Assembly: GCF_964213995.1 (NCBI RefSeq)
Contig: NC_135811.1
Location: 18,600,001 to 18,664,000, forward strand
DNA length: 64,000 bases
Origin: Mustelus asterias
Taxonomy: Eukaryota
Direction of reading: 5' to 3'
Shown in pieces: positions 43,201 to 52,799 of the stretch (position 1 is the stretch's first letter; each line of letters begins with the position of its first letter). Under the pieces are notes generated by a model that had not been told where the DNA came from, searched no databases, and saw only the letters and a list, made by a program, of their open reading frames with translations. Position numbers and translations under genes: made by a program.

Positions 43201-43689
43201 GGAATTGCCCATTAAATAGGTTAGGTCTGTCCAGTGGTGTTGAGGCACTTAGCGTTAAGAACGCAAATATTATACAGATAAACTGCAAAAGGTTTCTACA
43301 GCAAGTTCCTCATTTTTGTTGGTGAGAGGTGCAGGTGCAGTAACGGATGTGCTCTTTTGTCAAAGCAAACCTATCCCAATCTTTATAGATTTTTTTGGGC
43401 AGGTAATTTTGATTTAATTACAAAATTCTAAATAGATTCTAAGTCTTGTTTTTAAATCATCGGTATAAAATTGAATTGGTTTACAGGTGTGTGGCGGCGT
43501 GGTGGCGAGGATAGACAAGGTGAAGAAGACCAGGGCAACCAAAATGCGCAGGATACTCCCCTGAAAGGTCCACCAGTTAAGGACAGTGATCAAGAAACAT
43601 CAGCCTGGAGAACTGACAAGGATAAAGAGGCACCTCGTCGTACCAAAAATGTAATTGATGACGAAGGCTGGACTACTGTTCGCCGCTAA
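7197..43689 (+). CDS. EIF3A: Eukaryotic translation initiation factor 3 subunit A, full spliced CDS span (22 coding exons, 3528 nt, 1175 aa)
   Basis: Begins [25 protein letters not shown] and ends [10 protein letters not shown]. All exons have GT-AG boundaries with consistent phase; PCI domain, coiled coil and DDDRG repeats present. Confidence 0.98.
8325..8512 (-). mobile_element. V-SINE 5' half
   Basis: tRNA-like head and V-domain on the minus strand. Confidence 0.82.
9990..10230 (-). mobile_element. CR1 LINE fragment
   Basis: [15 protein letters not shown] motif in the ORF track. Confidence 0.75.
11500..12330 (-). mobile_element. Old, decayed L2-like LINE RT fragment
   Basis: Degenerate RT motifs LLLDL..F..V.QSILL...ALAWF, GFILG and CTDD across frames. 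Confidence 0.6.
14235..14425 (+). CDS. EIF3A: EIF3A exon 2
   Basis: gcag|AG TTC TTG ... CAG CAG|gtatg; [12 protein letters not shown]...NICQQ. Confidence 0.96.
14692..14985 (-). mobile_element. HE1-type SINE
   Basis: Reverse copy of the same family. Confidence 0.85.
15623..16513 (+). mobile_element. CR1 LINE, 5'-truncated ORF2 and 3' end
   Basis: [37 protein letters not shown] and [11 protein letters not shown] motifs; frameshifted. Confidence 0.92.
17527..17663 (+). CDS. EIF3A: EIF3A exon 3
   Basis: acag|[15 protein letters not shown]...NIQTPE|gtaag. Confidence 0.96.
19905..20068 (+). CDS. EIF3A: EIF3A exon 4
   Basis: [17 protein letters not shown]...YHDIAQQ; AG/GT flanks. Confidence 0.96.
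21111..21310 (+). CDS. EIF3A: EIF3A exon 5
   Basis: [17 protein letters not shown]...ISMELWQ|gtaac. Confidence 0.96.
22171..22508 (+). mobile_element. HE1-type V-SINE, full length
   Basis: A box TAGCACAGTGG, B box GGTTCGATTCC, V-domain, CR1-like tail gatgggccgaatggcctccttctgcactgt. Confidence 0.92.
22650..22858 (+). CDS. EIF3A: EIF3A exon 6
   Basis: [23 protein letters not shown]...QEEMQ; AG/GT flanks. Confidence 0.96.
25069..25240 (+). CDS. EIF3A: EIF3A exon 7
   Basis: [20 protein letters not shown]...LINDM|gtatg. Confidence 0.96.
25803..25938 (+). ncRNA. SNORA19: H/ACA snoRNA SNORA19 (ACA19) homolog, copy 1, EIF3A intron 7
   Basis: Two hairpins (ggcatg...catgcc; gaagg...ccttc), H box AGAATA, ACA at 25933-25935. 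Pocket guides TAATTA/CAGTC are complementary to 28S GACUGUUUAAUUA, and TTTCATT/ATTTC to 28S GAAAUUCAAUGAA. EIF3A is the known host gene. Confidence 0.88.
26863..26967 (+). CDS. EIF3A: EIF3A exon 8
   Basis: [35 protein letters not shown]|gtaac. Confidence 0.95.
27480..27609 (+). ncRNA. SNORA19: H/ACA snoRNA SNORA19 homolog, copy 2, EIF3A intron 8
   Basis: agcac...gtgct hairpin, H box AGATTA, tggagg...cctcca hairpin, ACA at 27604-27606; same guide motifs as copy 1. Confidence 0.85.
27875..27973 (+). CDS. EIF3A: EIF3A exon 9
   Basis: [33 protein letters not shown]|gtgtg. Confidence 0.95.
29509..29625 (+). CDS. EIF3A: EIF3A exon 10
   Basis: [13 protein letters not shown]...AARHCDLQ|gtaat. Confidence 0.96.
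29790..30770 (-). mobile_element. CR1 LINE RT/3' fragment
   Basis: [11 protein letters not shown]...INDLDEG...FAND motif. Confidence 0.85.
31855..32040 (+). CDS. EIF3A: EIF3A exon 11
   Basis: [18 protein letters not shown]...KPTHLL|gtaag. Confidence 0.96.
32587..32934 (+). CDS. EIF3A: EIF3A exon 12
   Basis: [26 protein letters not shown]...FRDIDIE|gtaag. Confidence 0.96.
33821..33925 (+). CDS. EIF3A: EIF3A exon 13
   Basis: [35 protein letters not shown]|gtgag. Confidence 0.95.
34759..34872 (+). CDS. EIF3A: EIF3A exon 14
   Basis: [15 protein letters not shown]...QEEER|gtgag. Confidence 0.96.
35056..35178 (+). CDS. EIF3A: EIF3A exon 15
   Basis: [21 protein letters not shown]...TVYE|gtctg. 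Confidence 0.95.
35394..35547 (+). CDS. EIF3A: EIF3A exon 16
   Basis: [34 protein letters not shown]...LKK; AAG acceptor and gtttga donor inferred from frame. Confidence 0.9.
35639..35823 (+). CDS. EIF3A: EIF3A exon 17
   Basis: [22 protein letters not shown]...QFRRK|gtaat. Confidence 0.94.
36210..36480 (+). mobile_element. V-SINE, short-tail variant
   Basis: Same structure as 1602-1845. Confidence 0.8.
36755..37266. mobile_element. Fused head-to-head inverted pair of 5'-truncated HE1 SINEs
   Basis: About 36755-37007 (minus) joined directly to 37008-37266 (plus). Confidence 0.9.
37714..37814 (+). CDS. EIF3A: EIF3A exon 18
   Basis: [33 protein letters not shown]|gtaag. Confidence 0.92.
39835..40073 (+). 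CDS. EIF3A: EIF3A exon 19 (DDDRG repeat exon)
   Basis: [15 protein letters not shown]...GDDDRGP...[14 protein letters not shown]. Confidence 0.93.
40494..40620 (+). CDS. EIF3A: EIF3A exon 20
   Basis: [19 protein letters not shown]...RRMTF; the phase-2 donor fits exon 21. Confidence 0.9.
41593..41792 (+). CDS. EIF3A: EIF3A exon 21
   Basis: [30 protein letters not shown]...KDLRERRD...SDRDD|gtaaa. Confidence 0.9.
43487..43689 (+). CDS. EIF3A: EIF3A exon 22 (to stop codon)
   Basis: [10 protein letters not shown]...[32 protein letters not shown]. Confidence 0.95.
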
Positions 43690-44791
43690 ATTTATCTTCA
43701 TGCCCAATTTACCAAGACCAACTAGCCGAATTCTTTTGAATCTGAATAACAGTAACTTCATGGCAAACTCTTAAATTTTTTTTGAAACTAACCAGTAAAA
43801 TTGACATTTGTCAAACTGTACGCATGTACCTATTTTAGTACAGCAAATTTAATACAAGTCGATCATGCAGCTAAAATAATAGAAGCCTGCTAAATGAAAC
43901 ACCTGTTGCATGTCAAAACCTTGCCTTTACTCTGTCAACATTTCACTTGGTGGTCTAAACATGACAGCTGCCTACCTTGAATTTTCAAGATTTCCCAGTT
44001 TTCTTAAGTTACGGCAACTTTGATAGTAAACGGAACACAATTAGCGTCTAGGTGCAGCAGTGATGTGAAAATGAAATATACACCAGCCTACTCTTCAAAT
44101 CTCATCAGCTAATTTGGATAAAAGTAGCCTAGCTGTATGATGTAGACACGATAAAGGCTTTTATTATCCAACTATTTGGTATCGGTACATGTATTTGCCA
44201 GTATGTCTGCTACCTTCACAGATAATACATTGTTGATTATTGTGTGAGCGTATTTTTAAAGTCGCATACTCATTATTTAAACCTTTGCAGTTCGGAGTAT
44301 TTTTTTGGTCAGGTTTGCTACCCTTTTCTGATTTGGATTATTAACTTGATTCGGACCTCATTTTCTTCGCACCTTTAGAACAAAGGTTTTCCTCACCAAA
44401 TCGGTCTTTGTGGTAATGATTGTGTTACATATTGGCAAGTCAGTTCAAGAAAAAGAAATGGTCAAATAAAAAAACTTCAATGATTAGCTGTCTGTTTTGT
44501 TCATTTGGAAAACAGCTTCAATATTGTAGGTCAACAACATTTGGTTTGTTCCTCTCTGTTATGGCTGATAGGACTGTGCAGCTACCATTGTATACCCAAC
44601 CACAGAGATATACTTAGAAACCAATAGGGTGATTTGTTGCAGTTTGGTTTTTGTGGCAGATGTCTGGTTTGCTCATTTCCACAAAACAGCCTAAGATTGG
44701 AAACTTGGAAGATGAGTGCTGCCTAAGCTAGTTTAAAAATATCAAAATAATTGAGGTGAACTAAATTCTCAGAGAATTGCTTAGTGATGGA

Positions 44792-44797
44792 AATAAA
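44792..44797 (+). terminator. Candidate EIF3A polyadenylation signal (alternative AATAAA at 44465-44470)
   Basis: AATAAA about 1.1 kb after the stop, followed by T-rich sequence, at the end of a repeat-free tract. Confidence 0.5.
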
Positions 44798-45410
44798 CTA
44801 ATTCCATCAGATGTTTTAGTATTTTCTTCATAACTCACTGGCATGCTCACCGTACCATTCAAATATAGTTATTAAACTGCTGCTGCTGCATGTTACTCCC
44901 ATAGGAAAAAGTGGAATGTCCTCATTTAAAGTTTCCTCTTTCGCACCAGTTTTACTATTTCATTAGCAACTTGTAGCTGAGGGGCCTGAGTTGTTGCTGA
45001 TCTTTTTTGCATCATTGTTTCAAAGGGCTGCGAATGTGCAAGCCACTCTTGTCTGCTATACCTCCTGTTTGTGTGTGAACTAGTTAATTTGCTGAACCTG
45101 GCAGGTAATTAGTTATGTGGAGATGCCGGCGTTGGACTGGGGTAAGCACAGTAAGAAGTCTCACAACACCAGGTTAAAGTCCAAGAGGTTTATTTGGCAG
45201 CACACGCTTTCGGAATCTCGCTCATTCCTCAGGTGAGTGAGGAGTTGTGCCCACAAACAGGGCATATACAGACACAAACTCAATTTACAAAATAATGGTT
45301 GGAATGCGAGTCTTTACAGGTAATCAAGTCTTAAAGGTACAGACAATGTGAGTGGGGAGAGGGTTAAGCACAGGTTAAAGAGATGTGTATTGTCTCCAGC
45401 CAGGATAGTT

Positions 45411-45726
45411 CATAGAAATCATAGAAACCCTACAGTGCAGAAGGAGGCCATTCGGCCCATCGAGTCTGCACCGACCACAATCCTACCCCCACATATTTAC
45501 CCGCTAATCCCTCTAACCTACACATCTCAGGGGCAATTTTAACCTGGCCAATCAACCTAACCCGCACATCTTTGGACTGTGGGAGGAAACCGGAGCACCT
45601 GGAGGAAACCCACGCAAACACGAGGAGAATGTGCAAACTCCACAGACAGTGACCCGAGCCGGGAATCGAACCCGGGACCCTGGAGCTGTGAAGCAGCAGT
45701 GCTAACTACTGTGCTACCGTGCCGCC
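45411..45726 (-). mobile_element. HE1-type SINE inserted in the Penelope element
   Basis: Full-length reverse copy. Confidence 0.9.
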
Positions 45727-45984
45727 GAGTTAGTGAGATTTTGCAAGCCCAGGCAAGTAGTGGGGGTTACAGATAGTGTGACATGAACCCAAGATCCCGG
45801 TTGAGGTCATCCTCATGTACGCGGAACTTGGCTATCAGTTTCTGCTCAGTGATTCTGCGTTGTGTGTCGTGGAGGCTGCCTTGGAGAACGCTTACCCGAA
45901 GATCAGAGGCTGAATGCCCGTGACTGCTGAAGTGTTCGCCAACTGGAAGGGAACACTCCTGCCTTGTGATTGTCATCACAGTAA

Positions 45985-46166
45985 GAGTTTTAACAACACC
46001 AGGTTAAAGTCCAACAGGTTTATTTGGTAGCAAATACCATAAGCTTTCGGAGCGCTGCTCCTTCGTCAGTTTCCACTCCATCTGACGAAGGAGCAGCGCT
46101 CCGAAAGCTTATGGTATTTGCTACCAAATAAACCTGTTGGACTTTAACCTGGTGTTGTTAAAACTC
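45985..46166. repeat. Perfect inverted repeat of a Penelope terminus (85-bp arms, 12-nt spacer)
   Basis: 45985-46069 is the exact reverse complement of 46082-46166. Confidence 0.95.
46078..46114 (+). ncRNA. Minimal type I hammerhead ribozyme motif (Penelope-associated)
   Basis: CCAT-CTGACGA-A-GGAGC-agc-GCTCC-GAA-AGCT-T-ATGG: stem I CCAU/AUGG, core, stem II, palindromic stem III. Confidence 0.7.
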
Positions 46167-47159
46167 AGTGTTCACCCCAGTCCAACGCTGGCATCTCCAC
46201 ATGGTGATTGTCGAAGCTTTCATTCATTCGTTGTCGAAGCGCCTGCATAGCCTCCCCAATGTACCATGCCTCGGGACATCCTTTCCTGCAGCGATCAGGT
46301 AGACAACGTTGGCCGAGTCGCAAGAATATTTACAGTGTACCTGGTGGATGGTGTTCTCACGTGACATGATGGCATCCGTTTCGATGATCCGATAATTGGT
46401 TGTCATAAGTGAGGAGTGCATGTGAATTAATCAATTTTTCCCCCTTAATGTCTGTTCTGAGCTGTTCCCAAACTCATATGATCAACTATAACCAGAGAAG
46501 CTGAGAAAAGACCACAAATGAGATGAAATTATGAATTCCTGTGATGGAAAGCAATATTGCAATATCTGTTCATGCTACCAGCAGAGGGGGCAGTGAGGCT
46601 GGTGTAAATGGAAGCTACAGTATAGAAATTTGGGCTGGTTTTAGATATAGCTGGTAAAACAAGAACAAAGGCTGCTTTCAGGTGTTAAATGTATCAAAAG
46701 GAATTTGTAAAATGTGAAATGTTTTTGAATGGCAACCAAATGTTTTGTCTTAAATTTAGATCCTGTCATCAATAGCTTAGAACAGTGCTGTTACTGGATT
46801 GATCTAGAGAATGTAAATCAAATTCTCAAACTGACATGATTTAAAGACCCTTTTTTACAAAAAAAATCTGGAAATAAAAAGCAGGCACCAGGGAAAGTGA
46901 CCATGCAGCTGTCAGATTGTCTTTGAGAGAAAAATATCTTTGTTGTGGCCTAGCAAACCAGTATTGTACCAAACTGCTGAAAGGAATAGAAATAAGAACA
47001 CAGGCCTCATGCAAGCAAGCTTGCTTTTTATCAGCTGATGGATTGTTAAAACTCATTTGGAGGAAGAACTAAAGCCATCAAAGGTGCAGAATAAGCTGCT
47101 GGTTATTGAAGGCTAATCATCTCAATCACTGCACGAAGGAGTGCAGAAAACCAAACTAA

Positions 47160-47630
47160 ATTGCAAAAAGAGTGCAGAAAAGATTTGAAGATGCTACCGG
47201 GACTTGATGGTTTGAGTTATAAGGAGAGGCTGGATAGACTGGGACTTTTTTCCCTGGAGTGTAGGAGGCTTAGGGGTGATCTGATAAAGATCTATAAAAT
47301 AATGAGGGGCATAGATGAGGCAGATGGTCAACATCTTTTTGCTAAGGTAGGGGAGTCTGAAGCTCGAGGGCATAGGTTTAAGGTGAGAGATACAAAAAGG
47401 GTCCAGAGGAGCAATTTTTTCTCATGGTGGTGAGCGTCTGGAATGAGCTGCTAGCGGTGGGTACAATCTTGTCTTGTAAAAAGCATTTGGACAGCTACAT
47501 GGATAAGATAGGTGTAGAGGGATATGGGCCAAACGTGGGCAATTGGGACTAGCTTAGTGGTTTAAAAAAAGGCAGCATGGACAAGTTGGGCTGAAGGGCC
47601 TGTTTCCAGACTGTAAACTCTATGACTCTG
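47160..47630 (+). mobile_element. CR1 LINE 3' end
   Basis: LSYKERLDRLGLFSLECRRLRGDLIKIYKIMRG motif. Confidence 0.85.
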
Positions 47631-50119
47631 TCTTTGGCCCAACCATCTTCACCCATTTCATTAAGTGGGCTTGTTTGATGATTGCACAACCCTTCACAAT
47701 ACCTTACCCACTGAAGCAGTCTGCATCCATATGCAGCGAGACCTGGACAACATTCAAGTTTGGGCCAATAAAAGTGGCAAGTATCATTTGTGCCACAAGT
47801 GCCAGGCAATGACCATCTCCATTGAGAAAATATAACCATATACAGTTGATGTTGAATGGCATCAACATCAATGAATCCCCAATTACCAATATCTTGGTGG
47901 GTTTTTTTCCATTGACCAGAAATTGAACTGTGCTAGCCATATAAATACAGCTACAACAGCAGGTCAAAGGTTGAGAATTCTGCAGAGAGTAACTCAATTC
48001 CTGCCTTTCCACTGTTGACAAATTTGCTACCAAATAAACCTGTTGGACTTTAACCTGGTGTTGTGAGACTTTTTACTGGACAAAGAACAAGCCAGGAGTG
48101 TAATGGAATAGTCTTCACTTGCCTGGATAAATGTCTCTGGTGCCACATCCCATGAAAACAAAACGTTACATTTCATTGTTCATCAAGAGTGGTCTGGTAG
48201 TACCACCACTGACCATGCTAGCTGAGGGGCTGACAGTACCATCACTGATGTAAAGAAATTAACTGTTAAACTGAGCAGAGAGAGCTCTCACCACTACTTT
48301 GTTATGGCTCCACTAGAATTGCTTTGCTCCAGCTCTCATTAGTCGTGTCTTAAACGTTGCTACAAAGTGGAATTCTAAAGGTGTAGATAAGAGTGATTTC
48401 AGAGAGTCTGCGTAAAACTTAACGGGCAAGAGGTTTAAAAACTCCAACAGCTAGTATCACATCTACCATAAAGGAAGAGGTCAGAAATTTCAGCCCCAGG
48501 CTATCATTGTAGAAATTCCTCAGGGCATTGTCCTGAATCTAAGTCTTATTATGAAGCAATTTGTGCCTCCAACAAGTGACAACTAACAGTTGTGCTGTAC
48601 CAGTGTCAGGCAATTACCATCAACAAGGGAGCCTAACCATCTTCCCATGATATTACAATCACTGAAATACCCATCAAGATTGCTGAAGTTACCACTGATC
48701 CGAACTAGTCTAGCTGCATAAAAAGAAATTTAAACTATTCATGCGATGATGACAAATGGCATTTATTATCTATCTTCCCTCGGGAGGGTGGTGGTGAGCC
48801 ACCTTCTTGAAATGCTGCAGTCCATTTGATGTCGAGTTCGTAAAAATGGCAACAATATGTAGAATCAATCTGGTGTAACAATGACCTTTAATCTTTAAGA
48901 TTGGAGTTCGAGTGAAGTCAAGGTCAGTGAAATGAAATTTATTCACTAAGGGCGCTTTCTGAAATGAAATTGCGTGGTCTGAACCCATTAACTCGTTCAC
49001 AACGTAAAACTGTCGATTCTCAGTAAGAGACCAGAAGGAATTTTGTTTTTAGAGACGTAACTACAAACCGAAGTAGAAAGCACTTTGCTGGCGGTGAGAT
49101 TGATATTATTTGAGCAGAAATAACTTTTTTTTGAATTCTTGGGGTACAGTCGTCACTGGCATTTATTGTCCAGCCCTATTTATTCCTGAGAAGGCAGGCT
49201 GCCGCGTCAGACTGCTACAGTCCATATGGTGAAAGTACTTCCACACTGCTTTGGGTAGGAAGTTCTGGAATATTGAATTGATGGCGATTAAGGAACAGCA
49301 ATATATGTCCAACTCAGGAGGGTGTGCCCAGGTGGAAGGGATCCTGAAGGCTATGGTGCTGCCATGTACCTTGTTACCCTTGGTGATGGAGGTGCTGCCA
49401 AAGAAGGCCTCAGCGACTTGCTGGCAATGCTCTATAAATAGATAATACTTGATACATGATGGTGGAGGAACTGGATATTTAAGCTATTGCCAACCTTGCA
49501 GGCTGCTTTATCCTGGATGGTACCAGTTGAGCATCAGTGTTATAACTGCACCCATCCAGGCAAGCAGGGAGTATCTCATCACACTCCTGATTTGTTTTTC
49601 AGTTTTCACACACTGCAATTAAACAAAATAACCAATTCCCAACAAGAGTTCACACAGAGCACCACCACTAACACAATAGCTTTAAACAAGCTTAATTTGC
49701 AAACAAGAAAATGACATTCATTAGCACTAAAACACAAAATATCCTATTGTGCCCACTGGTTTACAAAGGCCATGTACCATCATTCCAGGGTCACCCAGGC
49801 ACATTCAAGGCTGCTGCTGCTTTTGAAGGTCTTTGCAGAAGGAACAAAATAACTTGTGTATCACTGTTAATGTTCTCAGGCCACACCAAAAACTTCACAA
49901 CCAATTGCTTTTGGAATACAGTCACTGCATGTTGGGGGGAAAGCAACAGGTAATATACGCAGAACAAAAATGAAATAATCAGCTAACCTGGTAATGTAAT
50001 GTTTTTGGAAGAAATATTGTCAGGATAAATTTTGTACACAGGCCCTTTTACAACCTCCTGAACAAGGCTCTCAGTTTTGCGCTTCTAATAATTTAGCACC
50101 TCAGTGCTGCACTGGGGTT

Positions 50120-50833
50120 TAAAGTTTATTTATTAGTCACAAGTAGGCTTACCTTCACACTGCAATGAAGTTACTGTGAAAATCCCCTCGTTGCCACATT
50201 CCGGCACCTGTTTGGGTACACGGAGGGAGAATTTAGCACGGCCAATACACCCAAGGAGCACATCTTTGGACTGTGGGAGGAAACCGGAGGAATCGCACGC
50301 AGACATGGGGAGAACAAGCAAACTCCACACAGTGACCCAAAACAGGAATCGAATCCAGGTCCCTGGCGCCGTGAAGCAGCAGTGCTAACCACTGTGTCAC
50401 CGTGCTGCATGTGAATGCTAACATTGATACTTAAACGATATGGGGCTGAAAAATGTAGCACAATCCCTAACAGTTGTTGCTGAATATTTGACTCCTTCCT
50501 TTTCAGTCTCTTGAAAACTTCAAAAATTCTCAATTTTTCAGGGACCTGGATTTGATTCCCAGCTTGGGTCACTGTCTGTGTGGAGTTTGCACATTCTCCT
50601 CGTGTCTGTGTGGGTTTCCTCCAGGTGCTCCGGTTTCCTCCCACAGTTCAAAGATGTGCGGGTTAGGTTGATTGGCTATGCTAAAAATTGCCCTTAGGGT
50701 CCTGAGATGCGTAGGTTAGAGGGATTAGTGGGTAAATATGTAGGGATATGGGGGTAGGGCCAGGTGGGATTGTAGTCGGTGCAGACTCGATGGGCCGGAT
50801 GGCCTCTTTCTGTACTGTAGGGTTTCTATGATT
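50120..50833. mobile_element. Two divergent V-SINEs (50120-50405 minus, short tail; 50539-50833 plus, HE1)
   Basis: Family matches to the other copies in the window. Confidence 0.85.
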
Positions 50834-51312
50834 CTTTTCAAAAGACTGTTAGGATAAGGAAAACCATTCATCTCATAATCTATGCACCAGAAACATCCTC
50901 AGTTCCTCCATTGTAGCATCTCTTGGTTTCTCGAATGTTTCCAAGATTTTCTCTCTATATTCTATCCAGCAGTCATTAACTTATTGGTCACTTTAAAATC
51001 GAATTCAATGATCTATTGGCTTTATTGCTTGTTGCACAGGTCAAATGTAAGAATCTCTGAACTTCAGCCGTAGTTATTTCGGTCCCTGTCAGAGTACGTG
51101 TTGCTTATTCCTCCTCCCTCTGTGCAGTACTTTATGTTCCAGCTGCTCAAAGTGCCCACTTACATATTTTGTCCAATTTATCTGATCTGAACTGCCTCTT
51201 CCAAACCCCTTGCATTTCCTAGTTTTATGATCTCGGCAAATTTGACCAGTTTTGCGTTTCTGAATTCAACTCATTGATGTGAATTGGAATTGGATGTGGT
51301 CCCAATACCCAT

Positions 51313-51670
51313 AGAGTTCAGTGGTCAGTACACTTGCCTCGAGTCATAAAGTTCCAGGTTCGAGTACCACCCCAGGGGTGAACGCACACGATCAATTCTT
51401 GACACTTTGTACCAAGGGAGTGCTGCATTGTTGGAGGTGCTGCCTTTCAGATGTGGTATTCAGGTGGGCTGCAAAAGATCCCACGACCTTGTCTTGGAAG
51501 AAGAGCAAGGAGTGTTGTTACTGGTGTCCTGACCCTCAATAACCATGACATAAAAACAGATTATTTGGTTCTCACAGTACTGTACGACAATTGGCGGCCG
51601 CATTTCCTACACATCAAAAATACTTCATTGCCGTCTTGGTGGTTGTGAGGGGTGCTATATAAATGAAAAG
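51313..51670 (+). mobile_element. Deu-domain SINE (SacSINE1-like)
   Basis: tRNA-like head GGTTCGAGTACC; gggagtgctgcattgttggaggtgc...aaagatccca core. Confidence 0.7.
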
Positions 51671-52145
51671 CTGCCTAACCAGTGCTAATATCCATCCCCC
51701 AAAACCAGCGCTTTTCCAACGATCAGCCCTTGCTCCAGCTTACAAAAGTAATCGCCACATCCAATGTATTTTCTCCAGAAATCGATCATTACAAACCTCG
51801 AAATAAAATGAAATCCATTTCACTTGCGCAGTAATTTAAACCATGCATCCATAGCCGGTGGAGATCTCTTAAATCATGATCACAGCAGCGACCCAAGGCT
51901 TGGAGGGGGCGGGGGGCGAGGCACAAACGTGGAGGCACTTTTACTAGGATAGCAAGTTCCAGTTGTAAATAATCAGGTGACGAGTCTCTGGAAATACTAT
52001 AAAAGTAGACGTTGGCTCGGCGACAACAAAAGATCAAATTAAAGTCTGGCCAGCTATGTTTAAAAAGTGTGACCACCAAAACATCAAGTACACACAAAAC
52101 AAGGGTTTATTCCCACTATGGTTAACTGGGATTTAAAGTGTGTTC

Positions 52146-52228
52146 CTCAACTGTTGCCCACAAGAACACTCCACATCTCAACTGTTGCCCACAAGAACAC
52201 TCCACATCTCAACTGTTGCCCACAAGAA
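52146..52228. repeat. 31-bp tandem repeat, 2.7 copies
   Basis: ctcaactgttgcccacaagaacactccacat starting at 52146, 52177 and 52208. Confidence 0.92.
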
Positions 52229-52324
52229 GGCGCTCCAGGTCGGAGTGCTACATTAATTCGCCTCTTCCCACATTGATTCATTGAAAAGCAGAAACACACA
52301 ATAGCTGCTGCTAAAACGTGAAAA

Positions 52325-52330
52325 TTTATT
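52325..52330 (-). terminator. Candidate NANOS1 polyadenylation signal (second AATAAA at 52106-52111)
   Basis: TTTATT on the plus strand at the end of the AT-rich 3'UTR. Confidence 0.5.
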
Positions 52331-52799
52331 GGCTCCCCGGACTGTTGTTTAAACGCAATTACTCATTAGTAATCTTTAGATCTGCTTTACATCTCACTTT
52401 TTTTTTTAAAAATAGCAAACATTAACATTCAGGAAAAAAATCAAAATACATCCTCTACAATATATAATATCACTGTTAAAGTTTACCTTAAATTTTCCGA
52501 AAAACGAAATGCACATAGTGAATTCGAAAAAAAAACAAACAAAAAAGATTATGGCGTTCTCTTAATTCCATAAACTATATATTTATATAACTGAGGTAGA
52601 TTCCTGGGCTATAGATATTCAACCAGCAACATTAGATTGTAAACAAATTTAGACAAAGAGTGTACATTCAGTCACTATAAAACGTGTATTCCCAGACTCA
52701 GTATAATCTCAATAAATGTCCATGTATTTATTATTAGTCTAGGAAGCCTGGAAGGGGATATTTGGGCTCACAATGCCTTTTAAAGGGGGGGGTTCTTCA

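Larger units (their letters stand above)
45115..46400 (-). mobile_element. Penelope-like retroelement 3' fragment (GIY-YIG endonuclease remnant), interrupted by a SINE and a palindromic terminal-repeat insert
   Basis: YSCDSANVVYLI, then frameshifted WYIGE, and LPVGEHFSSHGHS...EQKLIAKF...LNRDLGF; followed by the terminal repeat. Confidence 0.85.
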
